From the human T2T-CHM13v2.0 reference genome, Homo sapiens: DNA of 64,000 nt. The first letter of the stretch is position 1, and the number at the start of each line of letters is the position of its first letter. The notes beneath the pieces are model-generated. The model did no database searches. It saw only the letters and a program-made list of their open reading frames with translations, and had not been told where the DNA came from. Below are positions 17,170 to 30,045 of the stretch, one piece after another. Made by a program: the position numbers and the translations under genes. The DNA is taken from assembly GCF_009914755.1 (NCBI RefSeq), contig NC_060939.1. One strand, written 5' to 3'.

Positions 17170-18529
17170 CTGCCAAGAGATAGGAAAAACCAAACTGTTT
17201 TTCCCACTCTCACACTCACGTTTCCAATATCAGAAAGCACACCTTTCAACATAGAACACTTCTAACAACAGGTGTCATACTAGGAGAGCAGGGAGTTTCC
17301 CCACACACCAAGCAACTCTCCAGCTGGACTCCAGCTGGGTGTCCTACAATTTAACTCAACTCCGATGCTATTTACCTGGCATTAGATTCCACAGGTGATA
17401 TGGTTTGGCTGTGTCCCCACCCAAATCTCATCTTGAATGTAGTTCCCATAATCCCCAAGTGTCATGGGAGGCACTGGGTAGGAATGAGAAAATAGGAATA
17501 AATAGTTTACCCCCATGCTGCTGTTCTCATGATAGTGAGTGAGTTCTCCTGAGATCTGACTGTTTTATAAGGGGCTTTCTCCCCTTTTGCTCAGCACTTC
17601 TCCTTGCTGCCTCCATGTAAGGAAGGACATGTTTGCTTCCCCTTCTGCAATGACTGTAACCTTCCTGAGGCTTCCCCAGCCATGCTGAACTGTGAGTCAG
17701 TGAAACCTCTTTCACTTATAAATTACCCAGTCTCAGGTATGGCTTTATCAGCAGCATGAGAACAGACTCACAAGTCTCACAGTCCCACAAGTGGGCTCAG
17801 ATTTGTGGGCTCAGTCCCACAAGTCTCACAAAACTGCTCCCACCTCAGAGGCCAACAGCCAGCCCCAGGTTGTGACCTGTGCTTCTGGCCAGCCAACTAT
17901 AATTCAGGGTTCCCACGACCCACTCCTTGGGTTTTATAATTTGCTAGGGTGGCTCACCAGAACTCAAGGAAAAACATTTCTACTTTTATTATAAAGGATA
18001 TTGCAAAGGATACAGATGAACAGTCAGATGGAAGAGATACACAGGGCAAGGTATGGGGGAAGGGGCATGGAGCTTCCATGCCTGCTCCAGGACACACCAT
18101 TTGCCCAGCACCTCCTTGTGTTCAGCAACCTGGGAGTTTGCCAAACCCTGTAGTTCAGAGATTTCTGTGGCAGCTTCATTACGTAGGCATGATCAATTAT
18201 TAATTCAACCTCCAGCCTCTCTCCCCTTCATGGAGGATGGTGGGTGGGGGTGAAACTTCTGGTCATGGCTTGGTCTTTCTGGTGACCAGCTCTCACCCCA
18301 AAGACCACCAAAAATTGCCTCACTGAAACAAGAGACACTCCTATCACCCAGGAAATTCCAAGGGATTAGGAGCTCTATGTCAGGAACCAGGGTCAAAGAT
18401 CAAATATTAGAACCAAAGATGCACCTAGCACCCCTATCACTCAGGAAATTATAAGAGTTTTAAGAATACTGTGCCAGATAGTAGGGGCAGAGACCAAATA
18501 TATATTTCTTATTATATCACAATATCACA
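17170..18529 (-). mobile_element. MER21-family LTR interrupted by a THE1 LTR
   Basis: Ends ...AATATATATTTCTTATTATATCACAATATCACA, the reverse complement of the MER21 5' end; body continues on both sides of THE1. Confidence 0.8.
17396..17768 (+). mobile_element. THE1 (MaLR) solo LTR nested in MER21, 3' terminus lost
   Basis: TGATATGGTTTGGCTGTGTCCCCACCCAAATCTCATCTTGAA...CAGCATGAGAACAGACT. Confidence 0.92.
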
Positions 18530-18850
18530 GATACTAATTATATGTAGAAAACTTCATATTAACTCCAGAAGTTAGAAACGTAACAACAGTAAGATCTCAA
18601 GAGAAATGAAAGAGACAATAAAGACAAAACCAGAAATTAAGGAATGAGAAAATAGGAACAAGGAGAGTGGAAAAATAAATTCAGGACATGAATAATAAAT
18701 ACGAGTTTGCTCAAGAAAAAAATCAAATAATTACACAAAAGTAAAATTGTGAAAGACAGCATAATCAAAGACACAGAGGATATATAAGGAATTACTCTAC
18801 TCACATAAATTGAAGATACGGGTGAAATAATTTTTAAAATTTAATTTATC

Positions 18851-19183
<333 letters not shown>

Positions 19184-19972
19184 AATTTATCAAGAAAGAC
19201 TATAGAAGATGTAGAAAACCTGAATATACCACAATTCTCCGTTGATAAATTTCAGGAAGAGAACAGTGGAGAAGGTGGTAAGAAAAATATAATTATAAGC
19301 TATTAGTTAATCAGACAAAAGAAAGGCAATTAGAAACTCTAGGAGGAAGAAAAAAAGAAGCTGCACTTCAAGGTTACACAAGTAAAATGAACAAAAAGAG
19401 AATTTTTAAAAGTTGAGGCTTGTAACATTCTCATTTGTGTGGCATAGGTTTACAACATGGTATTACATTCCCAAATCTGCAGGTTTAATTAGCTCATTTT
19501 GAACAATAGTTTGAAATTAAAACATTACAACTTCTATTTATTGGCTTTCAATTTTCAAGATCCATGTAAGGGAAAGCACAGAACCCTTAGGTACAAAAAG
19601 GACTTTGAGAGAATAAAAGTGTTGCTAGATTGATGAATTTAGAGGGGTGTTAATTACTTCTTCCTACATATTGGGAATTAAAAGATAGTATCTAATATAA
19701 ATAGCTTAAGAAATAAAAGTTAACAAAATATTGAATTACTTGATTAAATTAATAAATTAATTTTTAAAAAATTAACAATGGGAATGTGGGGAGGAAAAGG
19801 GCACATAAATGATTTAAATTCTTACTCTTCTGTAACTAGAATGGATATTAAAAATGAATAAATCAAGAAATAGAGATAAGTGCTTATTTTCTTAGAATGA
19901 TGTGTCAATGATGTTTAAATGGAATAGCTTTCAGGGAGATGAACTAAAGAGGTACAGGGAGGTAAAAATGAC

Positions 19973-20180
19973 CTAGCCCTTTTGCCCTCCAGTCCCTTCT
20001 GCCATCCCAGGATATATGGACAGCACCATCTGTGAGGGATGGGCCTTCACCAGACACCAAACCTGCTGGTACATAGATCTTGGACTTCCTAGCCTCCAGA
20101 ATTGCAAGAAATAAATTTCTTTTATTTATAAATTCCTCAATCTCAGATACTCTATTATAGTAGCGAAATGGACTAAGACA
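19973..20180 (+). mobile_element. MaLR (MST/MLT1A-like) LTR 3' half
   Basis: CACCAGACACCAAACCTGCTGG...TCTTGGACTTCCTAGCCTCCAGAA...GGACTAAGACA. Confidence 0.75.
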
Positions 20181-22189
20181 ATGGCAAAGATTTTAAAACT
20201 GCATATTAGTTGGCAAATATCAAATTGTTAATTAGCAATATAAAATTATATTGGAGAGCCTACAGAAAAATAAGAATTTTCATACACCAATAATATCAAT
20301 GCAAATTTTTGGAGGACAGTTTTTGTCAAACTTTAAAAAACATGTGTGACCCAACAATTCCACAATTTTAGGAATGTATATAAAGATAAGTGTGCAAGGA
20401 AGTTCACTGTGGTATTGTTTGCAAGTTGAAAGAAACCAAAAAAAAAAGAAAAGAACAGCAGCAACAGGGTTAAAATAAACCTACGTTGTCTCCAATAGGG
20501 GACAGGTTTAATAAATTTCAGTACATTCACCCAATGGCATATTTCCTAGCATTAAAAATAATAAAGAAAATCACACTCCGGTAGTACAAACAGCCCATAA
20601 AACATTGGTAAATAAAAATGTTTCCAGGCAATTTTGTATAATATTAATCCATTTGTGTAAAAAAATTCTGGAATATTGTAAATATATAGAAAGTATATGG
20701 AGACAAAAAATGTTATTCAAATTACCAGTAAATCTAAATCTAGGGAAATTGGGGAGGAGACACTTTTACTTTTTACTTCATATAATTTTCTATCTTTATT
20801 TTTCCCAACAGCTGTTTATTACGTTTTATTAAAGTATTTTTTAAAAATCTCAGTGAAGAGCTGTGAAATGCCAAATTAAACAAATTATGTTGCCTATATA
20901 TTGCTTGGCAGCACTGACCCTCCCCAGCATCTAGCACAATGACTGGCGCATAGCAAATATTCAAGCAATATTCTCTGATTAGATGATAAATGAATAAATG
21001 AAGGATTGAAACCTGAAGGATTCAGCCCTGTATCTATTTTTCTCTCATTCTAAAGCCATTTTACTGTTATTAAGTTTGAGAAAAGCCAATTCTCAAATAA
21101 AATGAAAACACATTTATCATCATTTATGTTTTAAAGAAAGTGCGGCTCTCAAATCCAAGCTCTTATGTATTCATTTTTAAAAAATATTTTTGATCCTGTT
21201 TGGGTTCCCTTGCTCACAAACCCAGGTCAGGTACACACTTGAAATCCCTGGGAAATAGGCTCCTGATTAAATGAAAGCCCTTAGGAAATGTTTACAAAGA
21301 GGTAGTTCAGGAGACAGAATAGCACTGGAGAAAAATTGGTCCGTTTCCATTTTAGAAGTATGCAGAGATGAGAAAGAACATGTGGCCAGTAACGTGTTCA
21401 GCCTTCTCAGTATTCATTGTTTCCTTGCAGGAGGCAATTTTAATTCAGAAGATGGAAACCAGCATAATATAGATCTGTCGTGGCTTCAGCATCAGGAAAC
21501 AACACACTGATCATGACATCAAACTCCAGAGGAAGCCGGCTAAGGATGTGCTTGTTTTGATGTGACATGTGCCTGCGATGATTAACTCTCATGCTCCCAC
21601 AATCTCTCCAGGGCCCCAGACTTGGTCCTTCCTCGCCTGTAAACAGGATCAGGATGCATCCTGGAGTTCAGCCAAGGGCATCTGGCCTTGGGTAAGACAG
21701 ACTCCACAAAACACATACATTGTTCCTGGCAAGGGAACCACGAGGGAAGGAAAAGGAGAGAAGGAAGGCAGCATGGGACACTGACATCCATCCACGTATG
21801 ACAAATCACATCAGATGCAACTGAGCACATGCAACTCAGAGGGAAAAGACAGGAATAGGCCCATGGAACACATTCACCTTCTACATGATCAACAGCTTCG
21901 GGAAAGCAATACAGCCAAGTGCCAAGTGAGAAAAAGGGAAAAGCATGTAAAATGAATGAAATGTTGACTGCAATGGAAGACATTTTAGACTGTTCTTGTT
22001 ACATAACAAAGAGAGGGAGGAAACCATGCTGGGAGGAGACATTGGGAGAGACCTGCCAACAGACCTCCAAATGCATATTCAAATGGTGTTTCAAAGCACT
22101 TCTTTGGGCTTAAGTCTTTTTACCTATAAGATGGATTTTAATGTTTCCATTAAAAATGGAAACTGTATTGATTAGGTATATGTTTTTAA

Positions 22190-22488
<299 letters not shown>

Positions 22489-22874
22489 TAATTATCTTTT
22501 TCCAAGGCACTGGCCAGGCCACTTTGTAAAAAAGAAAAAAAAAAGTAGGTCAGTATATTAACAGACATTGTAGGTCAGTCTTGCTTTAAAAAATTATACT
22601 TCTAAAAGAAGAAAATTATTGTCATCCTGGAAATTGGTTCCAGAAGAAAAGGGAGAGAAGTTATGGGGGCAAATGACAATTGCCAGAGGCAAGGTGATGT
22701 CCCATTTATGTCGGAGAATGAAATATTTGTACTGTGCAATAACAGCCAAAAATTCAATTGGAAAAGGGTAGCCTTTGACATGAGTAACTGGTTTGGCAGA
22801 CTTTTTCTGAGATTGAGATGACCATGCAGGACAGTATTGGGCATCAGGTAAACAGCTCCTTAGATATGTGACAA

Positions 22875-23454
22875 TCAGTGAGAGATGGCACTGGGCAGAA
22901 ATAAAAGTAGCCTCAGAACTTCCTGAGTTCTGTCTATAAAAGCCTAAAAGCATTGCTTAGGTGCCAATCAATCTAATAATATATATGCTACTTGTACCTT
23001 CTTGTACATTTAGTATCATGAGGATTAGTTACTGCTGTAAGTTTAAAAATGTGATTGTTGGAAGAGAGATTACAGGTAAGGTCTGGCAGTAAGGGGACAG
23101 TGGGCAAGAGAGAAACCAGAACACCCACCTTATAACCCTGACCAGTGGGCTTCCTACAACATTCACTTAAGCAAATTATCAGTGATGCAAAACTGAGCCC
23201 CTCTTATATGCTACCGTTTATGCAGGGTGAACTTCTAAATCTAGGTTCTCATCTTTCTGTGCCAACAAGTACGTGTGAGTGGAAAATATTCTAAGATATT
23301 AGTTTTTATTTTTCTCTCTGAATTTCCCCTTCCCCCTTAATCAGTCTAACAGCAGGCTTTGTGTTTCAGTGCCTCAGGGAGAGATGTGACTGAGCAGAAA
23401 TAAAAGTAGCCTGCAAAACTTCCTGAATTATATCTTCAAAAGCCTAAGATCATT
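22875..23454. repeat. Diverged ~80-bp direct repeat pair (22875-22954 and 23374-23454)
   Basis: Both copies contain GAGAGATG..ACTG.GCAGAAATAAAAGTAGCCT...AACTTCCTGA...AAAAGCCTAA...CATT. Confidence 0.8.
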
Positions 23455-23988
23455 AAGGAAGAGAGAGTTTGGAGAAAATAGCATGGAGGTTTGAAAAAAG
23501 CAGATGAGAGAGAGGAGTTTTGCCCTTCAACTAACAGAGAGGAATCTCCTGCCAGAGGCAGGGTTGCAGGACTCAGGCCTCTTCTTGGTGTGGCATATTC
23601 CCAGAATTGATCCCCAGCTGTCTCTGGGGGATGAGTCAATGGCCACTGAGAGTTCCTGCCTTCAAGAACATTCCTGTGTGTTGAGAGTGGCAGGAGCAGT
23701 GGAGATCCCCAGGCCTGAAACGTGATGTTGATGGGGACCACAGAACAGAGTAGCCGGGAGAGTGCACAGAGCATAACCAGCACCCTGATGCCTGATGCTT
23801 GGCCATGGGCGATTCTGCAGCATTGGCATGCCATCCGTCAGAGTGGTGACAAAGACTCTCTCCTTTACCAAACTCTAGTCAGGCCCCTCTGAGCCCTCTT
23901 CTCCACTAGACCTCAACTTCAGCCTATAAAAACTACAGAAACTACAAAAACTACTCTCCATATAAATGATTTTGTCCACAGCCCCTGG

Positions 23989-23994
<6 letters not shown>

Positions 23995-24038
<44 letters not shown>
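23995..24038. repeat. (CA)22 microsatellite
   Basis: Perfect CA run. Confidence 0.95.
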
Positions 24039-24041
<3 letters not shown>

Positions 24042-24379
24042 ACACTGGCTAGCATAGTTTCTAACAACTCAAGCTCATGTCCCTAGAATGACAGCTCTAC
24101 CTTCTTTAAATTCCTGCCTGGGAAAGCTCAAGGCTGCCAAAAGAACTGACTGCTTCTCCAACACCTGAAGATGTGCTGGTGTTGTCTCCCCATCTCCCAG
24201 TCCCTGTAGGAGGTTAGGAGCCTAATTTCCCTAAGTGCCAGTTAAGAAAGCCAAATGACCTAATAGCATTGACAGATTTGCCTTCCTGCTTTTTGAGAAT
24301 TTCCACTTCCCTGATTCTACTCAAGTCCCCACTGTTCCCGTGTCCTACTTTCTCATTCTCCCCTTAAGAACACCACACC

Positions 24380-25103
24380 CAATCCCATTACTGGGTATAT
24401 ACCCAAAGGATTATAAATCATCCTACTATAAAGACACATGCACATGTATGTTTATTGCAGCACTGTTCACAATAGCAAAGACTTGGAACCACCCCAATGC
24501 CCATCAATGTTAGACTGGATAAAGAAAATGTGGCACATACACACCATGGAATACTATGCAGCCATAAAAAAGAATGAGTTCAGGTCCTTTGCAGGGACAT
24601 GGATGAAGCTGGAAACCATTGTTCTCAGCAAACTAACACAGGAACAGAAAACCAAATACCGCATGTTCTCACTCGTAAGTGGAGGTGAACAATGAGAACA
24701 TATGGGCACAGGGAGCGGAACATCACACACTGGGGCCTGTCAGGGGGTGGGAGGCAAGGGGAGGGATAGCATTAGGAGAAATACCTAATGTAGATGATGG
24801 GTTGATACGTGCAGCAAACCACCATGGCACATGTATACCTATGTAACAAACCTGCACATTCTGCACATGTACCCCATAACTTAAAGCATAATAAAAATAA
24901 AAAATAAAAAAAACTAAAAGAGTATTGTTTGTAACACAAAGAAAGAATAAATGCTTAAGGTGATGGAGACCCTTACTTACCCTGATGTGATTATTATGCA
25001 TTGTATTCCTATATCGAAATAGCTTATGTATCCCATAAATATATACACCTGTGTACCCACAAAAATTAAAAATTAAAATAATTAGAAGCTAAAAAAAAAA
25101 AAA
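24380..25103 (+). mobile_element. L1PA7/8-like 3' end (24380-24912), then L1MA 3'-end remnant and A13 tail
   Basis: Primate L1 3' UTR, then AACTAAAAGAGTATTGTTTGTAACACAAAG...GTACCCACAAAAATT, then polyA; candidate TSD ACCCAATC at 24377-24384 and 25103-25110. Confidence 0.88.
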
Positions 25104-26368
25104 CCCAATCACCTCTACAAGAATCAAAGTTGAGCTTAGTTCACACTGGGCGCTCTTCCTTATTTTAATAGTTATTACTGATTAAAATCTGTCCTTACCG
25201 CTTCAACTAGTGCCTGGGTTTTATTACTTTTGACAGAGGTGACACCAAACATGACTGAGGTAAAGAGGATTCAATCTACTACCAGATTCCCATCAATTTA
25301 GCCAGACAAAAAGAATCAGATGTGAAATTAGGTTGATTTTTAGAAAATAAGTACGTGTGTTATTCTTTTGCACACCTGATCCTGTAGACTGAGACTCATA
25401 CCCCACAACTGATATGCTAAGAATATGAGTACTAATGTTACCATTCAGCTTGTGGAAATGCAATTAAGAAGACAATTGGATGGAGAGAAATTATACTATG
25501 TGAAGCAAACTGAATTCAAAGATGACTTTTATATGAGCTGTACCAGTGGTCCCCAGCATCACTGATAAATAATGGCAGCCTAAAACCTCCATCAATGATA
25601 GCAGAGAAATTAATGAACCATTAAATCAGCATGTGCATTCTACCTTTGGAGAAAACTTTGATTCTGATGACTGGAATCCATACCATTAATATGAGCCTCT
25701 TACAAGTCCTAGGATAAGAGATATTTTGCTGGTGTTTAAATATTGTATTTTGATGGTGGTCAGGTTGTCTGATAACTGTGAATTCCTTAGGGCTTTCAGG
25801 ACATGTAAAAAATGCTGAAACACATATTTAAATGTATATCTTGTTATATCCTAAGATCTTGGACAATTAGGAGGGCTGCTTGGGAAGCTCTTTTTAAATA
25901 TTCTCAATGCTCTTCCTCTGCAGAAAGAACCCCCCAGGTCCTTCAAGGACAATAAGAAAAAGAGGATTTGCTTCTGTGGCCTTTCTGCCCAACAGACAGG
26001 AGAACATTTTAGAACTTAAAGCAGACATGATTTAACGACATTATGCAATTTGATTATGGAAGGAAAAGCTGGGTTTCTACTCCATCCCTTGAAATCCAGC
26101 CTTTTCACACATGCATTCTAGCTTTCCTAAACAATTCAAAGTGAAACTTCTTTTTTTTTTTTTTTTTAATCCATTCCTGGTCAGTGTAAGGACTGAATCA
26201 TTCTGAGACACAGAGTCAGGTCAGTTCACTTTGTAAAAGTGAACTGTCTTTTACAAAGATGACTAAGAGATACTTATCATGTATTTGACAAGTTTCTTTA
26301 CGCTTCAGAGCCCAATTCAGCCCAAGCCTGTCTTGATCAATATAGTTCTTAAAAAATAGATCCAACAT

Positions 26369-26752
26369 TGATATGGTTTGGCTCTGTGACCCCACCCAAA
26401 TCTCATGTCCAGTTGTAGTTCCCAACGTTGAGGAAGGGGCCTTGTGGGAGGTGACTAGATCATGGGAGCAGATTTCCCCCTTGCTGTTCTCATGATAGTG
26501 AGTGAGTTCTTACGAAATTTGGTTGCTTGAAAGTGTGTAGTACTTCCTTTACCCTCTCTCTCTGCCACTCCACTATGTGAAGAAGGTGCTTGCTTCCCCT
26601 TCGCCTTCTGCCATGTCTAAAAGTTTCCTGAGGACTCCCCAGCCATGCTTCCTGTACAGCCTGTGGAACTGTGAGTCAATTAAACCTCTTTTTTTCATAA
26701 AGTACCCAGTCTCAGGTAGTTCTTTATAGCAGTGTGAGAATGGACTAATACA
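26369..26752 (+). mobile_element. MSTA-like MaLR solo LTR
   Basis: TG...CA termini (TGATATGGTTTGG...GGACTAATACA); perfect 5-bp TSD AACAT. Confidence 0.93.
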
Positions 26753-27469
26753 AACATTTAAAATGTTTATTTTAAACATCTAGATTTATGACTTTGAAAA
26801 AAAATCAGGAGATCCAACAAAAGGAAGTAGCAGCCCATCATCCCTAGATGGAACGCATGACTTCTAATTTACCCCAGACCAGGACACTTCCTAATGCTCT
26901 CCAGCAATGACACAAAGCCACTCCCTCAAAGTCATTATTGGCTAGGCCCCTTGCACATGAGGTTTACCTGGTGTGGTAGTATCTCCCCCAAGAATAGGCC
27001 AGCACTCAGGAACTACTTCCTCCCCACAAATGGACTCTGCTTTAATCTACTTCATAGTCCCAATACAGTTAACAAAAAAGGGTCTTTCTAGCTGCCTTAA
27101 TAAAATGAGACACACATGAGGAGAGAGTTATTTAAAAATTGTTTTTGAGCTTTAGGTTGGCTTAGCTTTCCTGGAATGTCTAATTTAGCTCAGGAAGTGC
27201 CTCCAACATTTTTAAGAATATCAAGGACAGAAAAGCTCAACTCAGCCATTTCCAGGGCTCTACATATCCCTCAGGCTCCTTACAGGGTTAAGGGAGACTG
27301 CACTATCCCAATAGGACCCCAGGAGGCCTGTCATCCTGCCATTGAGTTACCATTTGTTCCCTGGCTGATAAGAAACTGCATTGAAGTACTAGTAGAATTT
27401 TCAGAGTCCTAAAGAACTGGGAGAGTATTCCCCTCAACTCTGTAACACATCAGTGAGAGGGGTGGGTAT

Positions 27470-27750
27470 AAATAGAGTTTGGAGTTCTAAAGACCTTGAT
27501 TGAAAACTGACTCAGCACTTTTAGTTGGGTGACCTTGGGGAAGTCATTCTTTTTGAACATTGGTTTAAATTATTTTGTAGTGTGGTAGAGGAAAGGGAGA
27601 GACAAATTAAACAAATGAATGAGTAAGATTTCTGAGCTTCAGTTTCCCCAAATCAACAAAATAATATACATATTACAGAACTCTTGTGAATTCAAATGCA
27701 TCTATAAAGTGCCTAGAACAAAGCCTAAATCACAACTCAGTAAATTATAG
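27470..27750 (+). mobile_element. MIR (interrupted)
   Basis: TGACCTTGGGGAAGTCATT and TCTGAGCTTCAGTTTCCCCA cores. Confidence 0.6.
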
Positions 27751-27817
27751 TTTTTATGTTATATACTTTAATTCCTGAATGAATGTAGAAACATGAATTC
27801 TGTAACTTCTTGAAGTC

Positions 27818-28125
27818 TGATATGGTTAGGCTTTGTGTCCCCACCCAAATCTCATCTTGAATTATATTCCCTATAATCCCTACATGTCAAGGGAGAGACC
27901 AGGTAGAGACAGTTGGATTATGGGGGCAGTTTCCCCCATGCTGTTCTTGTGATAGTGATTGAGTTCTCACAAGATCTGATGGTTTTATAAGGGGCTCTTC
28001 CATGACTGTAAGTTTCCTGAGGCCTCCCCAGTCATGCTGAACTGTGAATCAATTAAACCTCTTTCCTTTATAAATTACCCAGTCTCAGGCAGTTCTTCAT
28101 AGCAGTTTGAAAACAGACTAGTACG
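27818..28125 (+). mobile_element. THE1 solo LTR with internal deletion
   Basis: TGATATGGTTAGGC...CAGACTAGTACG; perfect 5-bp TSD AAGTC at 27813-27817 and 28126-28130. Confidence 0.92.
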
Positions 28126-29460
28126 AAGTCCCATCCAACTTCCCGGCTTACTATCTGTCTAGGTCAGAAAACATCTGACCTTATACTTCTTTTCTTCTTC
28201 ATATAAACTGAGAATCATTCATTTAATCAGTGAATTTATAGCACTTATTAAACCAAAAGCACAGTTGGGAATATAATATTGAGCATAGAAAGGATAATCA
28301 GACAGGGTTCTGTAATAAATACACCTATTCCTCTATTCCTTGCTTAAAACCTTTAATTCATTACTGAAAACTTGGTAACTAATTAAAAATTCATTAAATA
28401 AAATCTTCTATTTGACAGAAAAAATAATATGGTCCATCTCAACATAATATTTCCAAATAAGTATCACAGATAGAAAAATAGATCAACTGAAGAATGTTTG
28501 AAGATTTATATAACTAATAAACAATTATTTAGAAGTAAATAAAAGAAGTTTGTGAATAAAATGTAATAGCATGTAGGTTTATTATGCTCACCAAATAACA
28601 CACACATACAGAGAGAGCAAGAAGAGAAAGAATGAGAGAGATAGAGAGACTTGATGGTGAAGGAAAAGTCATTTTTGTGGAAGGCATATTTTTTCTCCTG
28701 TATCATTTTCTTCTCTAGTTTTTCAATGTTTGCAAGGGCTTTTAGTCATGTTGTATCCAAAATGCCTTCAAAATAGTTATAGTATTAGAAAAATACAAAA
28801 GTACTTCAAAATGTGTGGAAACAGTACATGTAAACAACAGATCAAAATATCTTAAAAGAGTTTACCTCTTCATCTTTCTCACTTAGTGTACACAGGCAAC
28901 ATAGAACATTTGGTTATGTGGTATGCAATTCAAATTTGTTCCATGTGATATTCTCTGATTAGAAACTACTGTGTTGAGTGTGTCTTTCTTAACTAATTTT
29001 ATTTTATTAGTTATACTAATAATTATTTTTATTAATAAATTAAAAATAAAAATAATAGTTATACTAATAAAATAAAACTAGAAATACTAATTTTATTGTG
29101 TATTTTGTAAATTTTTGATTAATAAGTTCTTATGCCATGAAAAGAAGTTGTCTTAAAACTGGCATCATTTTCCAAGTCATTATGGCAAACAACTAACCAA
29201 ATAGGTATGGGGGGAAAGTCAGTAGAGCAGCAGAAGCAATATGTCATTCCAGTCTGCTTCTTAATGGCATTCTCCCCTCTCCTATGCACAGGGCAGAGAG
29301 ATCCGGAGCTGCATCCCCTGGTTATACTGCCCACCAAGGCTGAGCCAGAGAAAGCAGCCCCACTGAGGCCCATGACATCTGGATTCTTCGTCTCGTCAAA
29401 TGTCAACACCCTCGTAAATGTAAAACGGACTCCAATTCTTTTCATTTTTCTTGATTGCAG

Positions 29461-30045
29461 GATAAGAAAGTTCCTCTGAGATTAAGACTGAGAAAGGTCT
29501 TAAAAGCCAAGACTCCAAATGGCATCAGGAAACCCAGGCTCTTCGAAATATGCAGTGAAAAATGAAACCCTTGCAAGATGAGACATTTGATAAAGAAGAA
29601 AACATCAAATTTTCTTGAAGCTTTCCTCTCACTGTAACTCTGCCTCCTTGGATTGAAGCTACAGAGAAGAATGCAGCCTGCGGGTGCTCATGCCTGAGCA
29701 TCATCTCCTCTTTTCCACCTGCTGAGCTATGTCTAAATAGACATCCTCTACCTTTGGCCCAAAACTTTCTGTTCCTGAATAGAAAGAACATTCTTGTCAT
29801 ATCAAGAGTTCTGGGATATTCTGGGAGCAGTTTAGAGCTTTCAATCAGTATAAAGTTTCTTTTCTCATGAAAAGATCTTGCCACAGGGGATGAGAAACAA
29901 GCTATTGAGCATCTAATATATGTGTATACCATGCTAATCAATTGTACATACTTCAGTCTATTTAATTAACAGAAACACCCTCCAAGGAAGTCTTATCCCC
30001 CTCAATTAAGTAGATTAAAAATAAACGTCTTGGAGAAGATAAGGT
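29461..30045 (+). other. Candidate non-coding terminal exon
   Basis: Strong acceptor TTCTTTTCATTTTTCTTGATTGCAG| ending 29460; overlapping ATTAAA/AATAAA at 30014-30025. No transcript data available. Confidence 0.25.

Larger units (their letters stand above)
23847..25235 (+). mobile_element. MER67/MER31-family ERV1 solo LTR carrying (CA)n and an L1 insertion
   Basis: Starts TGACAAAGACTCTCTCCTT, ends ...CTGTCCTTACCGCTTCAACTAGTG...TTTGACA; 4-bp flanks GTGG/GAGG. Confidence 0.8.

Noticed and set aside
29119-29941. 90-138 aa ORFs on both strands
   Set aside because: No recognisable homology; lengths expected by chance
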